NCBI GenBank assembly: GCA_004431415.1
Contig: QPMI01000015.1
Span: forward strand, 124,001-188,000
DNA length: 64,000 bases
Reading direction: 5' to 3'
Origin: Cyanophora paradoxa CCMP329
Lineage: Eukaryota; Plantae; Glaucophyta
Both the position numbers and the translations under genes were made by a program. Below are positions 30,484-43,054 of the stretch, piece after piece. The stretch's first letter is position 1, and each line of letters begins with the position of its first letter. The notes below the pieces were generated by a model that saw nothing but the letters and a program-made list of their open reading frames with translations, was not told where the DNA came from and ran no database searches.

Positions 30484-33212
30484 ATGGCCTCGAAGGCCTC
30501 CAGATACAAAGACGAGCGCCGTGGCGCGTGGGGCATGAAACCGGTTCGTAGCTCCGAAATCGCGGGACCGCAGCCCCCGGAGCCGCCCGCGGTTCCACTT
30601 CCCCTTCTCGCGCGGAGGAACTCCGCCCCGCGGGCCGCCTAGAGGGAGAGGCACCGGGATCCGGCTGTTCGTAGCGTGCTGCGGGCACTGTCCCTTGCGG
30701 GCGCGGCGCTTGCGGGGAGCGGTTCTGGGATTCGGCTATGCCCTTCGGGGAGGTAACGCGTGCGCCGCGCAGGTCGACAGGCCGCGGGTCAGAGTCCTCT
30801 CGGGCAGCGACGCGGAGCGCGGCGGCTGGGTCACTCCTCCACAGAAGGGCCTGCAGCGCTACGACGCGGTTCTTGATCCACACTGCACAGTGTTCAGGTG
30901 CCTCGCTTGCGTGCGTGGTGGGATCCCGGCGCCTCACACGGAGCGAGCAGGACGCCGGCGTGGGAGCAGCACTACAGGATAATGCGCCTCTCGGAGGACG
31001 AGAAGAACAGGTGGAACGAGCGATCACAGTCCTTCCTCCCGCCCCTGCCGAACAGGGCTGCGGCGACGCGCATCCCCGTGACGGCCTCGCCGCACTTCGA
31101 CCCGCTCGCCCCAGCGAACGCGATCAAGGCACTCCGCCGCCCGCCCCGGCCCCCCAGGGGCCGCGCCTCACGCGGCCTTGCAGGTGTACGCCCCCGGGAT
31201 CAGCTTCCCCCCTCTCTACCACGCGGTGGCGGCGGCCGGGTACGGTGCCGATGGCCCCGTGCAGAGCAACGCGCGGCACAGCGAGCGCCGGGCGGCCGGC
31301 ATGGCGATGACGTACCCCGCCTCCGTGAAGCTCGCCGTTGCCGTGGCGCCGGACGGGACCATGTCGTACTCCGCGTACCCCGTCTCGGACACGCCCCCCG
31401 CGGACCCGTACAACCCGCACGTGGGCGTCCAGCCGCAGGCTCCGCCGCAGTCGGTGCGCGGGGCCCCGCCCGACGCGACCGGCGGGCGCGCCGCGTGACT
31501 GTACCCCCGCCCGGCAGTACTACTACCCCTCCACGGTCATGGCGGCGGGGCGGCCGAAGGCGAACGCGATGGGGGGCACGCGACACCCGGCGACCCTCGC
31601 CCCGTCGGCGCCGGCAGGCAGCCGGGGCCCGCAGGGGATCCCCCTCGTGCCGGCCCCCGGCCATCGCTCGGAGTCGCGCGGGGAGGTCGGGCGCCAGGCT
31701 CAGGCCGCGGTCGCCGTCGCGGCCGAGCAGCGCCGGGCGGAGGAGGCCGCGGCGGCCGCCGAGGAGGAGGCCGCGCAGGCGGCGGCGGCGGCGGCGAGCG
31801 GGGCGCGGCCGATGGTCGTGTGCGGGCCCAGCGGCGTGGGCAAGGGCACGCTCATCCAACGCCTCATGGCGCGGCACCCGGACTCGTTCGGGTGAGCGAG
31901 CCGTGCCCCCCTCCATTGCTCCCTCGCTCCTACCCCCGCCAACACCACCCGTACCCCAGCTTCGCGGTGTCGCACACGACGCGGGGGCCGAGGCCCGGGG
32001 AGGAGCACGGGGTACACTACTACTTCGCGGAGCGGGGGGAGATGGAGGCTGCGATCGCGCGGGGCGAGTTCCTCGAGAGCGCCCACGTCCACGGGAACCT
32101 GTACGGGACCTCGTTCCGGGCCGTCCGGGAGGTCCTCGCCTCGGGCAGGGCCTGCGTCCTGGACATCGACGTCCAGGGCGCGAGGCAGGTCCGGGCCGCC
32201 GCCGACCGGGGCGCCCTCCCGCGGCCCCTCTTCGTCTTCATCGCGCCGCCCTCCTTCGCCGAGCTCGAGACGCGGCTGCGGGGCCGGGGTACCGAGACCG
32301 AGGAGAAGATCGCGCTGAGGCTCAAGAACGCCCGCGCCGAAATGGACTTCGCCGAACAGGTACCCCCCCCCCCCGCTCCTCTCGCTTCGCTTCTTTCCCG
32401 CCTGAACTCGGCACCCACCATCGCAGAGCGAGGGATTCTTCGACCAGACAATCGTGAACGACGAGGTGCAGATAGCGTACGCGGAGCTGGAGGCCCTCGC
32501 CTCCTCCCTGGTCAGAGGAGGGGGCGAGGGGGAGCCCGCGGCGGCCCCGGCCGAAGCGGACGCGGAGGCGGGGGCGGCACCGGAGGCAGAGGCGGCGCCA
32601 GAGCCGGAGGCGGAGGCGGAGGCAGAGGCGGCTGCGAAGGCGGCCCCGGAGGCGGAAGCAGAGGCGGCTATGGAGGCGGCACCGGGGGCGGAGGCAGAGG
32701 CGGCGCCGGAGGCGGCGCCGGAGGCACTGGAGGCGGAGGCGGAAGCGGCGCCGGCTCCGGAGGCTGAGGCGGCTCTGGAGGCGGCGCCGGACGCGGAGGC
32801 AGAGGCGGGGCCGGAGGCAGAGGCGGCTCCGGAGTTGGGGACGGAGGCGCCGGAGGCGGAGGCGGAGGTGGAGGCGGCTCCGGAGGCGACGGAGGCAAAG
32901 GCGGCTCCGGTGGCGGCTCCGGAGGCGGAGGCGGGGGCGGAGGGGGAGGCAGAGGCGGAGGCGGAGGCGGCGCCGGGGGAGGCGCCGGAGGCGGAGGCGG
33001 CGGCGGAGGGGGGGGCGGAAGGGCCGAGCGGGGCCGACGCGCCGCCCCCCGAGGGGCCCGCGGAGGCGGCGGCGCCGGCCGATGAGCCCGAGGTCGGAGA
33101 CCCGGCGGCGGGCCCGGGGCCCATTGACGTGCCCCTCGTCGCCCCGGCCGCGGGACCCCTCTCCCACCTCAACCCTCCGCAGAAGCCCCGCAACGCAATC
33201 GTTTACCGATAG
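30484..33212 (+). CDS. Guanylate kinase domain protein with a long N-terminal extension and an Ala/Glu/Pro repeat tail; start approximate
   Basis: VVCGPSGVGKGTLI, VSHTTRGPRPGEEHGVHYYF, FLESAHVHGNLYGTS, LDIDVQGARQV, FIAPPSFAELETRLRGRGTE and FDQTIVND. Confidence 0.9.
32530..33090 (+). repeat. Coding minisatellite (gcggcNccggaggcRgag; EAEAAP units)
   Basis: Many degenerate EAEAAPEA units form the kinase C-terminal tail. Confidence 0.85.
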
Positions 33213-33964
33213 GGTGCGCCGTAGCTCGAAGCGCTAGGCCTAGGCCTGTCCGGACTCCGGAGGCAGCGCTAGCGCTGCTCGTCCCGCCAGTACTTTGTTT
33301 ATTATAAACGCGCTGCTGCCAAGCTGCTCGTGGCAACTTCCTGCTACTTTTTTGAATACTATGATATTCGCTCGCGCGAATTGCGTACCGGATTCGGAGT
33401 TCGCATGCTCCGCGTATAGCTTGTGTCAAGTTGTGTAGGGCAGGGGAGTACAGCAATTCCCCAGCACAGGCCAGACGTCGACGTCGACCGTCGGACGTTG
33501 ACATCGATCGCCGCGCGCGGGCTTCTCTGCGGGCGTCATTCAGGCCCGCACGTGCGCATCAGCTGCGTCTTCGAGGGGCTGTGGCTCGTCATCCAAGCCG
33601 CTTGCCGAGTCGGCGTTTGCTCGCCGGCGCCCGGTGGCTCTTCGTCAGCGAGCCGTCCGGCTGTCGCCCCGGCCCGTTCAGAGAATTTCCTCTTGAGAGG
33701 AGTTGCAGAGCTTCAGCTTTTCGCCCGCCAGCCGCAGGAGGCGCCGCGCCGGTCGCGGCGCATCGGCCGCGGCTGTACCACGTGCGCCGCGCGCGATTCG
33801 GACTCTCTCGGCGGAAAGGAGATCTAGAAGGGACTCGTCGCAGCTCTGGACGCGAACCCGCCGCCTTTTCTATGGTCTGCTCAAATGCCTTGATTTAAAA
33901 CGGCCGATCGAGGGCTTTGCCCAGCCTGCATGCGATGCCTCTGACGCGCGCGTTGGATGAATAG

Positions 33965-35077
33965 GACACTCTGCAGGACCCGAGCGCGTACGGACAGGCG
34001 CATGGGACGCGGAGGCACAGCACGAACACGAACAGCGGGGGCCCCTACGGCGTAGAGATCGTGAAGCTTAACCTGCGCGGCCGCATCTTCGTCACGTGTG
34101 CTCTCTTTCTCTCTCTCCGTCTCGCGCTCAAGAATTCGAATGGGCGCTAAGGACGCGCGCGCGTGCAGGACGCGGGACACGCTCCTGGCGGGCGGCTCGA
34201 CGTTCTTCTCGGGGCTGCTGAGCGGCCGCTTCCGGTCGCCCGTGTGGATCGACGGCGCTATCTTCATAGACCGCGACCCGGAGAACTTCGAGCGCCTCTT
34301 GAACTTCTTGAGTGCGGGCCCCGCGTTTTGTGTCTCTCATCTCTCTAGATTTGATCCGGCTGACCTGAACTCTTTCCTTCTCAGCAACGAAGTACCTGGA
34401 GGTACCCAGGGACACCGGCGCCCTGCGGCGCCTCCTCGCCGATGCCGATTACTACTGCTTACCCATCCGCGACGGTATAGCGTACCCCCCCCCCGCCCCG
34501 CCCCATGTACCCCGGCCCCGCACGCGAGCGTGTACCCCGGCAGGCCTGAGGCGGTGCGGCCGGTGCCGGACGATCTACCTGGCGGAGGGGGATCCGTTGC
34601 CGGAGTGTGCCTGCGAGCTGCACCCGGGGGAGTACCGCCAGGGGCCCCTCGAGCACACCGGCTCCTCCATGATCCGGTACCCCTCCTTTTGTCGCCGCTA
34701 TCCCCTGCTTCTGACCGTTCCTCCGGGGTACAGTTGCCTCGGGGAGGATTACGACACGAACGTCGTCATGCCGGCGACCAGCAATCACTGCCTCGAAATG
34801 TCCCGGGTACGCGGTTTCCTATCGCCCAGCCCCTGTACCCCCGCTGAGGGGCGCATTCCAGGGCAAGGCGGCGACACAGGGCCTCTTCTGCGAGCGGTGC
34901 GCGCACGGGGAGAGCAGGGGTACGGGAATGGCGTGGCGGGAGCACCGGCGGGAGCACGCCTTCCAGTGGGCGTGGTCCTGCTGCGGGGACCGGAGGCACG
35001 ACGCGCCGCCCTGCGCCGCCGGGCCCCACGTCCCGGGGCCCCTGGCGCCGCCCCCGCCCGAGCCCCATCACGTCTGA
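33965..35077 (+). CDS. KCTD-type BTB/POZ protein with a C-terminal Cys/His (Btk-like) motif; start not resolved
   Basis: EIVKLNLRGRIFVT|RDTLLAGGSTFFSGLLSGRF..GAIFIDRDPENFERLLNFL..LLADADYYCL, followed by CELHPG...WAWSCCG....PC...PH. Confidence 0.8.
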
Positions 35078-35893
35078 GTTCTCGGATCTCGGATCCAATA
35101 TCGGTTCGCGATTGCCATGCGGTGCACGATACGCTCGATCGCTACTGCTAACGCTAGCGTTTGATCCTGCTACTAGGCTTTTAGTCAGCCTTGCAGTACT
35201 AGTACTGCTATATCATAGTACATTGCATGCATTCTTCCTCGACTGCACGGCCATCCCCAGCTCTCCGAGGCTCGTCAATTGGATCCGGCGCTCTAGGTGT
35301 AGAAAGTTTTGCATACACTGCGATCGATGTCGACTGAGTCGATATTCTTCGATTCTTCTGCTACTTCATGTTTGCTATCATAGTATGAATTATCATAGTA
35401 TCATAGTAGTATCATGACTTCGAATAAACTTGTGATCGATCATGATCATGAAACTTGTGATCGATCATAATCATGATGCACTGCACTACCGCCCGGCGGC
35501 CGGGCCGCTGCGGCACTAAGGCTTCATAAGATAAGGCGGCCCCGGCATGCGCATGCGCACTCCGACGTCGACTCGGCGAGGCTCTAGATGTTCATAATTT
35601 TAAGGCTTCCCGGGTCCGGATCCGATGATCCTTGCATTTGCACAGTACTAGCCTAGTAGTGAAGAATAGTAGAAGAATATCGACTCAGAACTATCAACTC
35701 AGCTACTGCGTCGTTGGCAGGCCTAGGGCGGACCGCTGCTGATAAGGAGAGATAGCCTAAGGCGGCTTAGGTGTGCCGCAGTGCACGCGGGGGCCGGGCC
35801 TGGGGCGCCCCAGGGCAGCTGAAGGCGGAAGAAAAGTAGATGCTAGCTACTGCTAGCTACTGCTAGCTACTGCATGCGCATGGGTCTACATAG

Positions 35894-38082
35894 CTACTGG
35901 ATGCATTCGCGATCGGCCGGCGCCGCGGCGGCGTCGCGCTCGCCCCAGGGCAGGCGGAGGCGCATGCCGTCGTGGGCGGGGCGGACCTCGAGGGCCAAGC
36001 GCCCCGCCGCCCGCAGGCCCCGCAGCTCCGCCTCCAGCCCCTCGTGCTCCACGTCGCTGCGCGCGCGCAAGAACGAAGTTAGCGCACGAAGTAAAACTTC
36101 GTTCGAGAGCGCTCTTAAAGTAGAGCGAACGAAGTAGGGCGAGCTTGCTTAGAAAGAAGCTCAAGTCAAGCTCTGAGTCGTGAGGGATTGATTGATCGTA
36201 AATTCTAGCTTATGCGAGCTTGATCATGAGCGCGGGAAACGGTTTGGGGGCCGCACTGGGCGAATCCGACGAGGAGGCCGAGGGCCGGGGCCGGCTCCAA
36301 GCGCGCGAGCTCCCCCAAGGCCTGGTCCACGCTGAAGTGGCTCGGGTGCAGCTCCCGCCTCTGCGGGGGGAGGGGGGGGAGGCAAGGTGAGAGGCGAAGA
36401 GGCCACTCCGCAGGGCTCGGAGGGGCGCCCGGGCTCCAGGGGCTCGGAGAGGGGGGCGAGGGGGGAAGGGGAGGGGTGAGTAGAGGTTCTGTCATGGTAC
36501 GATCTTGAGAGCGCAAGGGCAAGAGCGCGGTCGGAGCGCGTGGGCGCGGGGGGCGGCGCGGGGGGGGCAAGGGGGGGGGGGGGGGGGGACATGGCGGCAG
36601 CCGGCTGATCTAAGAGCGTAATGGTTGGGAGAAGCTGAGAGCTCTCTCCGGCCGGAGGCCACAGCGTAGAATAAATGGGTTTAGAAGCGTCAGGGAGGTC
36701 TGGTCGCCTCTATTTTATGAGAGAAAGGAATGAGGGGATGACGAAAGCGGACCCGCAGGGAATCGAGGACCACGATCTCGGAACCCTGCATCAGCTGCGC
36801 GGGCCGTCAGAGGAGGGGGGGGGGGGGGGGAGCCGGGGGGGGGGGGGGGTGTTACGTGCCTCGCGGGTCGAATCGGGGAGCTCGGACAGGTCGGAGATGT
36901 AGGAGAAGTTCCCTATCCGGAAGCCCAGCTGTATGTACCGGCAGGTGTCAGAGGAAGAAGGGGGGTACGGGAAAGGGGCTAAAGGGGGTACCGAGATGTA
37001 CGGCTCGCCGCGGACGCGGCCGTGGACGACGGGGAGGGGTACGAAGCGCGTGCCGAGGACGTCGAAGGGCTCGAGGAGGGGGGGGTCCCCCGGGGCCGCC
37101 CCCGGCCTCTCCGGAATGACGTGGAAGGATAGCGAGGAGACCGATCCGCCCCCTGTCGTCGTCTTCGAGTCCACCAGGTACAGGAATCTGAGGGAGGGGG
37201 GTACGCTCAACTCTGGGTTAGGAGAGAGGGAACAGAGGGGGGTACCGCGTTCGGAGGGCGTCGAGGTCCGTCTGGCGGAGGTACACGGGGATGCTCCCCT
37301 GGTACCGGCTGCGCGACGGATTCGATTCAAAATCGATTTTTTTCGGGGGTGAGGGGGGCGGGGCTGGAGGGGCGTACGGCACCTGAAGTCGCGGAGGTCG
37401 TCGAGGCCGCCGGTGGCGTCATGGTGCTCGTGGGTCAACACGACGGCGTCGATGCGGGAGACGCCGATCCGCGGCAAGAGGTGCATCGCCGCTTCCCACC
37501 AGAACTGCAGTGGCGCGGACCGTCGGACCGGATCGGATCAAATTCGAGAAGGAGCCGCGGCCGGCGCTGACTCGCCTTGCCCACGTCCACTGCAATGACG
37601 ATCTCTCCCTCCTTCCCGTCTGCCATCCGCTTGCGCCGCCGAATCAGGAGCCCCGTCTGTGGGCGCGGCGCTCATTGGCACGGCGATCGCTTCCCGAGCT
37701 GCAGCAGCGAGCCCGGCCGCTCACGTTGCGGCGGCGGTTCTTCGATTCCGGAAGCATCGCGTGCTTGCACGCGCACGGGTGCTTCGAGCTCTCGTGGCCA
37801 GCGTTCAGGCCAGTGAGGCAACTGATGCGAGGGATGCCCTGCGCGCGGCCCCTGTCGGCAAATGCTCCGCTGAGAGAGCGTGATGCGGTCTATCTCAGAG
37901 CGTCGCCGCGCCGCCGCGCCGCCGCGCCGCGCGCGCCCGCAGTTGGCAGCGGCATGGCTTAGCGCCCGCGCCCCGGCGGCGGTACGCACCTCGCTCGTCC
38001 CAGTTCCTGTGAAGATGATCTCATCCTGGTGCTCGTCCCCGGGTCCCAGCTCGAACGCGGCCGCTGCGGTTGATGGACTCAT
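35894..38082 (-). CDS. PhnP-like metallo-beta-lactamase-fold hydrolase
   Basis: EIIFTGTGTSE|GIPRISCL, VDVGK, IDAVVLTHEHHDATGGLDDLRDF (HxHxD), LPVVHG, LGFRIGNFSYISD, HPSHFSVDQAL and PAHDGMR. Confidence 0.9.
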
Positions 38083-38687
38083 TGGAGGCCGCTGCTCGGT
38101 GGCGCCTGGCTCTTCCGCAGGCTTGATTGAGCCGTGCTGGGCTTGCCGCAGTGCTGGCTCGGGCTCTCAGGCGCGTCAGGCAATGTTATTTCTTGCACCC
38201 CACCCGCGTGCCATCCCCCTTCAAGCTCGCGCCTACCCCCAACTTCAAGCCCCCGGCCCCAAGTCTAGCTTCAGCGGTTCGCAGGCTATCGCAGCCTATA
38301 CAGCTACCTGGACGGTTCGCCGGAGCGTCTGGCCATGACCAGCACTGGCAGATTGGCAGCACTGCAGCTGCGGCAGTAGTGTCCAGCGCGAGCACTGCCA
38401 GACAGTGCACGGTGGGGCCTGCTGCCGGTGCAACGTGTACCTGCAGCTGCAGCAGCCGCTGAGCCTGTACCGGTCTCGCGTGCAAGCGTAGCCTATAGCT
38501 AGCTATCGGTACGCGTTCGCTACCGCTAGCTACGCGCGCAGCGGAGCGGAGCATCGCGACGGTCTCTGCTAGATCTCGGTCGGCCAGCCGCGGAGACCCG
38601 ACCGCGTCGCGCTTCGTGCAAGTTGCACGTGGGCTGCCGCCCCATTGAGCGTCGACGTCGTCGGCCCGCGGGGGCCGGGCCTCGAGG

Positions 38688-41600
38688 ATGGTCGTCGAGG
38701 ATGGGGCGGCTGCTGCGCCTCCCGTCGCGGTGGTGGATGAGGTCGCGATAGACCACCTCGACCGTCTCATCCTGTCCACTGCTGCGCTGCAGCTGGGGGA
38801 TGACGCCGAGGACCCGGCCTCGGAGCTCGAGCCGCCGCCGGCTCCGGCGCTCTTGCCGGCGCCGCCTGTGGTGGAGGAGCTCGTCTTGCCGCCCGTGCAA
38901 TCAAGTCTGCAGAAGGCTGCGGTGCAGTCCACTATCCACGCGCCGCAAGTACAAGTCGTGCGCAGCCGCAGCCCCCCCGCGCGCGCTCTTCTCTGTGCGT
39001 CGCTGTATCGCATGTGCGCTGCTAAGAGAGGGCGCGCGCGGAGCGCAGGCGCCGCCCTTCTGGGCGTCGGACGGCGAGGTGGAGTCCCTCGCGGCGGCCG
39101 CCGAGGTCGCCGGCTCCGCCACGGACACCGAGGGCGGCCGGGCGCGCCTGGCGGGGGCCCTCTGCGACCCGCGCCTCCTCGCCTCGCCCCTCTTCCGCTC
39201 GTTCTCGGGGCGGCAGCGCCTCCACGCGCTGCTCGCCGCGCTCCGGGCCTCCACGCCCGACGCCGAGGGCTCCCGCCTCGCCTCGGCCGCCATCGCTGCG
39301 CTCGCCGAGGCGCTGCTGCGGCCCCTCCCGCCGGCGCCCGACTCGCCCGGGCCCGGCCCCTTCGCCGAGGCCGACGTCGCCCGCCTCATCGACCTCGCCG
39401 CCTCCTTCGTCGAGGTGCCCCCCATGGGCCTGGGCCGGCTAGATGCAACTAGAAGCTTAGTTTAGGCCTGGGTGAGCTTAGCTTAGGAGGCACGCTTAGC
39501 TCGACGTTAATTGCTTCTAGATACATCTAGAAGCAATTTTCATCTAGAAGCAATGAACGTCGAGCTAAGCCTGCCTCCTGAGCTAAGCTGAAGCTGAGGC
39601 TGAGGCTCATTAACCGTCAAGCTTAGCCTCTCTCTTAAGCTTAAGCTTAACCTATAGGCGCAGACGTGCACGACGTGGGCGTCCCGGAGCGACCCGCACC
39701 ACTTCCTCCTGCCCCCGCGCCTCTGCGACCGCCTCGCCCTCTGCGCCGCCGACCTCGCCCTCCCCTTCGCGTCCTGCCCGGGGCCCATCTACGCCCGGGC
39801 GCTCCTGCTGCAAGCCAACGTCCACCGCGTCGTGCGTACCCCCCCCCTACCCCCACATACACCCGCCGCCGCCACCCCCCATTCTTTCTTCGCAGCACGA
39901 TCGGACAGCGCCGGCCATCGAACTGTACTACGAGGTGCCCCCCCCCCTCCTCTCTTAATCTTGCGCTGGCAAAGCTGAGTGGAGGGTGCAGGCCTGGTCC
40001 GAGCTGCGCCGAAAGGGACTCGTACCCAGCGACGAGGAGGCCCACCTCATACCCCGCCTCAGCCTGCTCCTCTGTGCGCCTGTGCCCCCCGCCCCGCCCC
40101 GCCCCCCCCTGGCCACCTTTCACCCGCGTCCGCCGCGCCCTGCGCAGTTGAGACCTTCCAGCTGCGAACGGCGCTGTACGGTGAGCGAGCGAGAGACGGC
40201 GCCCGCAGCGCGCAGCCGGCGCGCCGCTGATCCGGGGCCTGCTGGGCCGCCCATCCCCCCTCAGTGAGCGGGAACGCGTACGTCCCGCCCAACGCCGCCG
40301 GAGAGGACCGGACGATGGCGGAGTTCCACGTCGCTTTTGTCACCAGTGCGCCCCGGACCCGCCCCGCCCGGCCCGGCTCGGCCCGTGCTGCCACCTTCGT
40401 GCTGGGGCTCACACGCCGCGCGCAGAGACGGCTCTCCGCTGGCGGAAGGAGTACGCGGCCGCCGAGCGCATGGGTCGTCGCTGCCTGGAGATCGCCGGCC
40501 GCCTCGACCCCCGCGCCTCCAGGTGCGCCCTACGCCCAGGCCCAGGCCTCCGGGCCCCTCGGCCGCCCCCTCCAGACCCGTCGCGCTGACTCGGCGGCGC
40601 TCTCGCGCCCGCCCGCCCGCGCGCCCGCGGCGCAGCGTCCTCCGGATCCGCGTGATCAGCGACTTGATCGTGATCGCGAACCACCGCAGTGCGCGCCACC
40701 CGCGCTACCCGTGGGTACCGCCAACAACGCTCTAACGGAAGACTGGCCTCCGGCTCGCAGTGCAGCCCCTGTCCCTCTTCTCCTTTGGCCAGCAGATCAT
40801 AGAGCTGGCGTATTCCCTCCACGTGCGCATGCGCCGCGCGCCCCCCCTCCTTTCCCTGCGATTGCACGCCCGCGGGCGTCGTCGACCGTGACGGCGATTC
40901 CGACTGGGCGCGCGCGTACCCCGCAGGACCCGACGCTCCCGGAGGTGGACATACTGGGGTACCTTCGCTACGTCAGGCTCTTCGTGCGCAGTCGCGCGGC
41001 TCGGCTCGGCGCCGCCCTCCCTGCGGCTTCAGCCGCTGCAGCCGCTGATCGCGATCGCGACCGCGACTGCAGGCCCCCGCTCGGGTCGCCGTCAACGTCT
41101 GCAAGCTCTCCGTCGCGCTCATAAAGGTCCCGCCCGACGCCCCGACCCGCCCGCCTCGGCCGCGGGCAGCGTCGACGACGCTGACGCTCGCTCGTGGCCC
41201 GTCCGCAGCGCTCCGCGCACTCCAGAGGCTCGCCCATGCTAGCCCACGGCCTCTACCAGCTCGGCGAGGCATACCTGGTCACCGGGGACGGCCCCGCCGC
41301 CGCCCGCTGCTTCGCCGCCAGCCTCGCGGCCCTCGAGCCTTTCTTTCACTTGTTCCCCCCGGAGCACCCCCGCCGGGCGCGCCTCGCGTTCGCCCTCTCC
41401 GAGCTGCGCGCCGGGCGCCTGCCCCGCCCCGTCTTCCCGCCGCCCCAGTACGAGCCCGCGACCACGGCCAGCGGCGGCAAGCTCGACCCGCCCTCGCCCA
41501 GCCCCGCCGCTGCGCCCGCCCCCCGCTCCTTCAAAGAGACCTTTCTCGTCCGCCGCGCCATGGATATCCCCGTGGACACGGACTCGCCCCCCCTTTCATC

Positions 41601-42072
41601 CCCGTCGGACTTCGACTCTCCGGACACGGCCGTCTCGAGCTCGGGCAGCACCGCGGCCTCTGTACCCCGCCAGGAAACCACCTCGGCGGGGGTACCGGTA
41701 CAGGTACCGGCCTCGCTCGGCCGGCGGCGGCGCCCCAGCGCCCCCAGCGACGACGAGGACCCCGAGCGGCCCCCGAGGCCCCCGCCCGTGCCCGACTCTG
41801 GCGGAGATGATTGCAAGTGCAAGCCGCCCCCGTTCGCGCTGGCGGCCCCCATGCCGATGGTCGAGCCGTCGGGGCGCATCGCCAGATGCGCCCTCGTGGC
41901 GCAACACTCGGAGGGGCCGCCCCCCATCTGTCTCGCGGCCCCCGTCGCGCTGAACGCTCCGGCCGCTTCGGCCTGGCATGCTCAGGCCGGTCCCTTGCAG
42001 GAGCAGCTGCAGTACGCCTCGGTGCCTGTCTTCGTGCCTGCACCCACGCCTAGCTCGCTCCAGTACCTTTGA
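38688..42072 (+). CDS. Hypothetical helical protein with a TPR-like segment and a disordered C-terminus
   Basis: Multi-exon. TPR-like LAHGLYQLGEAYLVTGDGPAAARCFAASLA at ~41240-41330; ends ..SSLQYL*. Confidence 0.5.
39475..39589. repeat. Intronic near-perfect inverted repeat (hairpin)
   Basis: 39485-39522 pairs with 39542-39579 at 36 of 38 positions and extends about 10 bp outward (agcttagctt/gagctaagct). Confidence 0.9.
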
Positions 42073-42109
42073 GTAGTTTCTTTAGTTATTTCTCTAATGA
42101 AAATTAAAT

Positions 42110-42288
42110 ACTCCACGCCCGACGCCGACGCCGAGGGCTCCCGCCTCGCCTCGGCCGCCATCGCTGCGCTCGCCGAGGCGCTCCTGCGGCCCCTCCCGCC
42201 GGCGCCCGACTCGCCCGGGCCCGGCCCCTTCGCCGAGGCCGACGTCGCCCGCCTCATCGACCTCTCCGCGTCTTTCATCGAGGTGCCC
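42110..42288 (+). pseudogene. Duplicated exon fragment of the upstream gene (copy of ~39249-39420)
   Basis: Near-identical STPDA(DA)EGSRLASAAIAALAEALLRPLPPAPDSPGPGPFAEADVARLIDL..F.E, including the GTGCCC donor. Confidence 0.9.
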
Positions 42289-43054
42289 TGGGCCAGCAGC
42301 TAGCTAGCGCTATAGACCTAACTCGAAGCAGTTAACGCAAAGCTGAGCCCGTCTCTTAAGCAAGGCCTAGGCGTTGATCGCGACGTCAGATCCCGCCCCT
42401 CCCATTCTCGATGTTCAATATCAATCTTCCTCGTCGACCGTCGGACGTCGGATCCGGAGGCGCTTCCTCATGCTCATGTTGCAATTGTACACTACGACTA
42501 GCGTCTCATATATATAGCCCGGACAAGCGTCTCGTCTTGCGGATCCCGGAACTTCGGAACCTCATAGGCCAGCATAGGCATATGCATATATAGGCCTCAA
42601 CCTGCGATTGCAAAGCGCTAGCTATATATAGCTATTTATCTAGCATGCGCAGCATGCGCAGATCTAATTGTTATGCGTGCTATGGTCATCGATCTCGAAT
42701 CGCAAAGCACTAATCATTATCATATCATTACGTGCACGCTTATACATGCTACGGTAATTGTGGGCTGTCATTGTAAAAGAAAACTTCAGACTCTGAGATT
42801 CGGAAGTCGAATTCTGCTTCTAATTCTGTAAAAATCAAAGAATCATGATCATAATTTAAATTGGACCGAATGCAACATTTATAAAATAAGGAACATACTT
42901 TCCTGAAACACTCTTCTATTGTAGAAAACGCATAACGTACGCCTAGGCACAGATCTTCGAAATTCGAGATTCGAAGCTTAGCTGAATTGCAATCAAAATT
43001 TAAAGCTAGCTATAGCTATAGCTTCGATTTCAAAGATGATCTCCACTTAAACAC

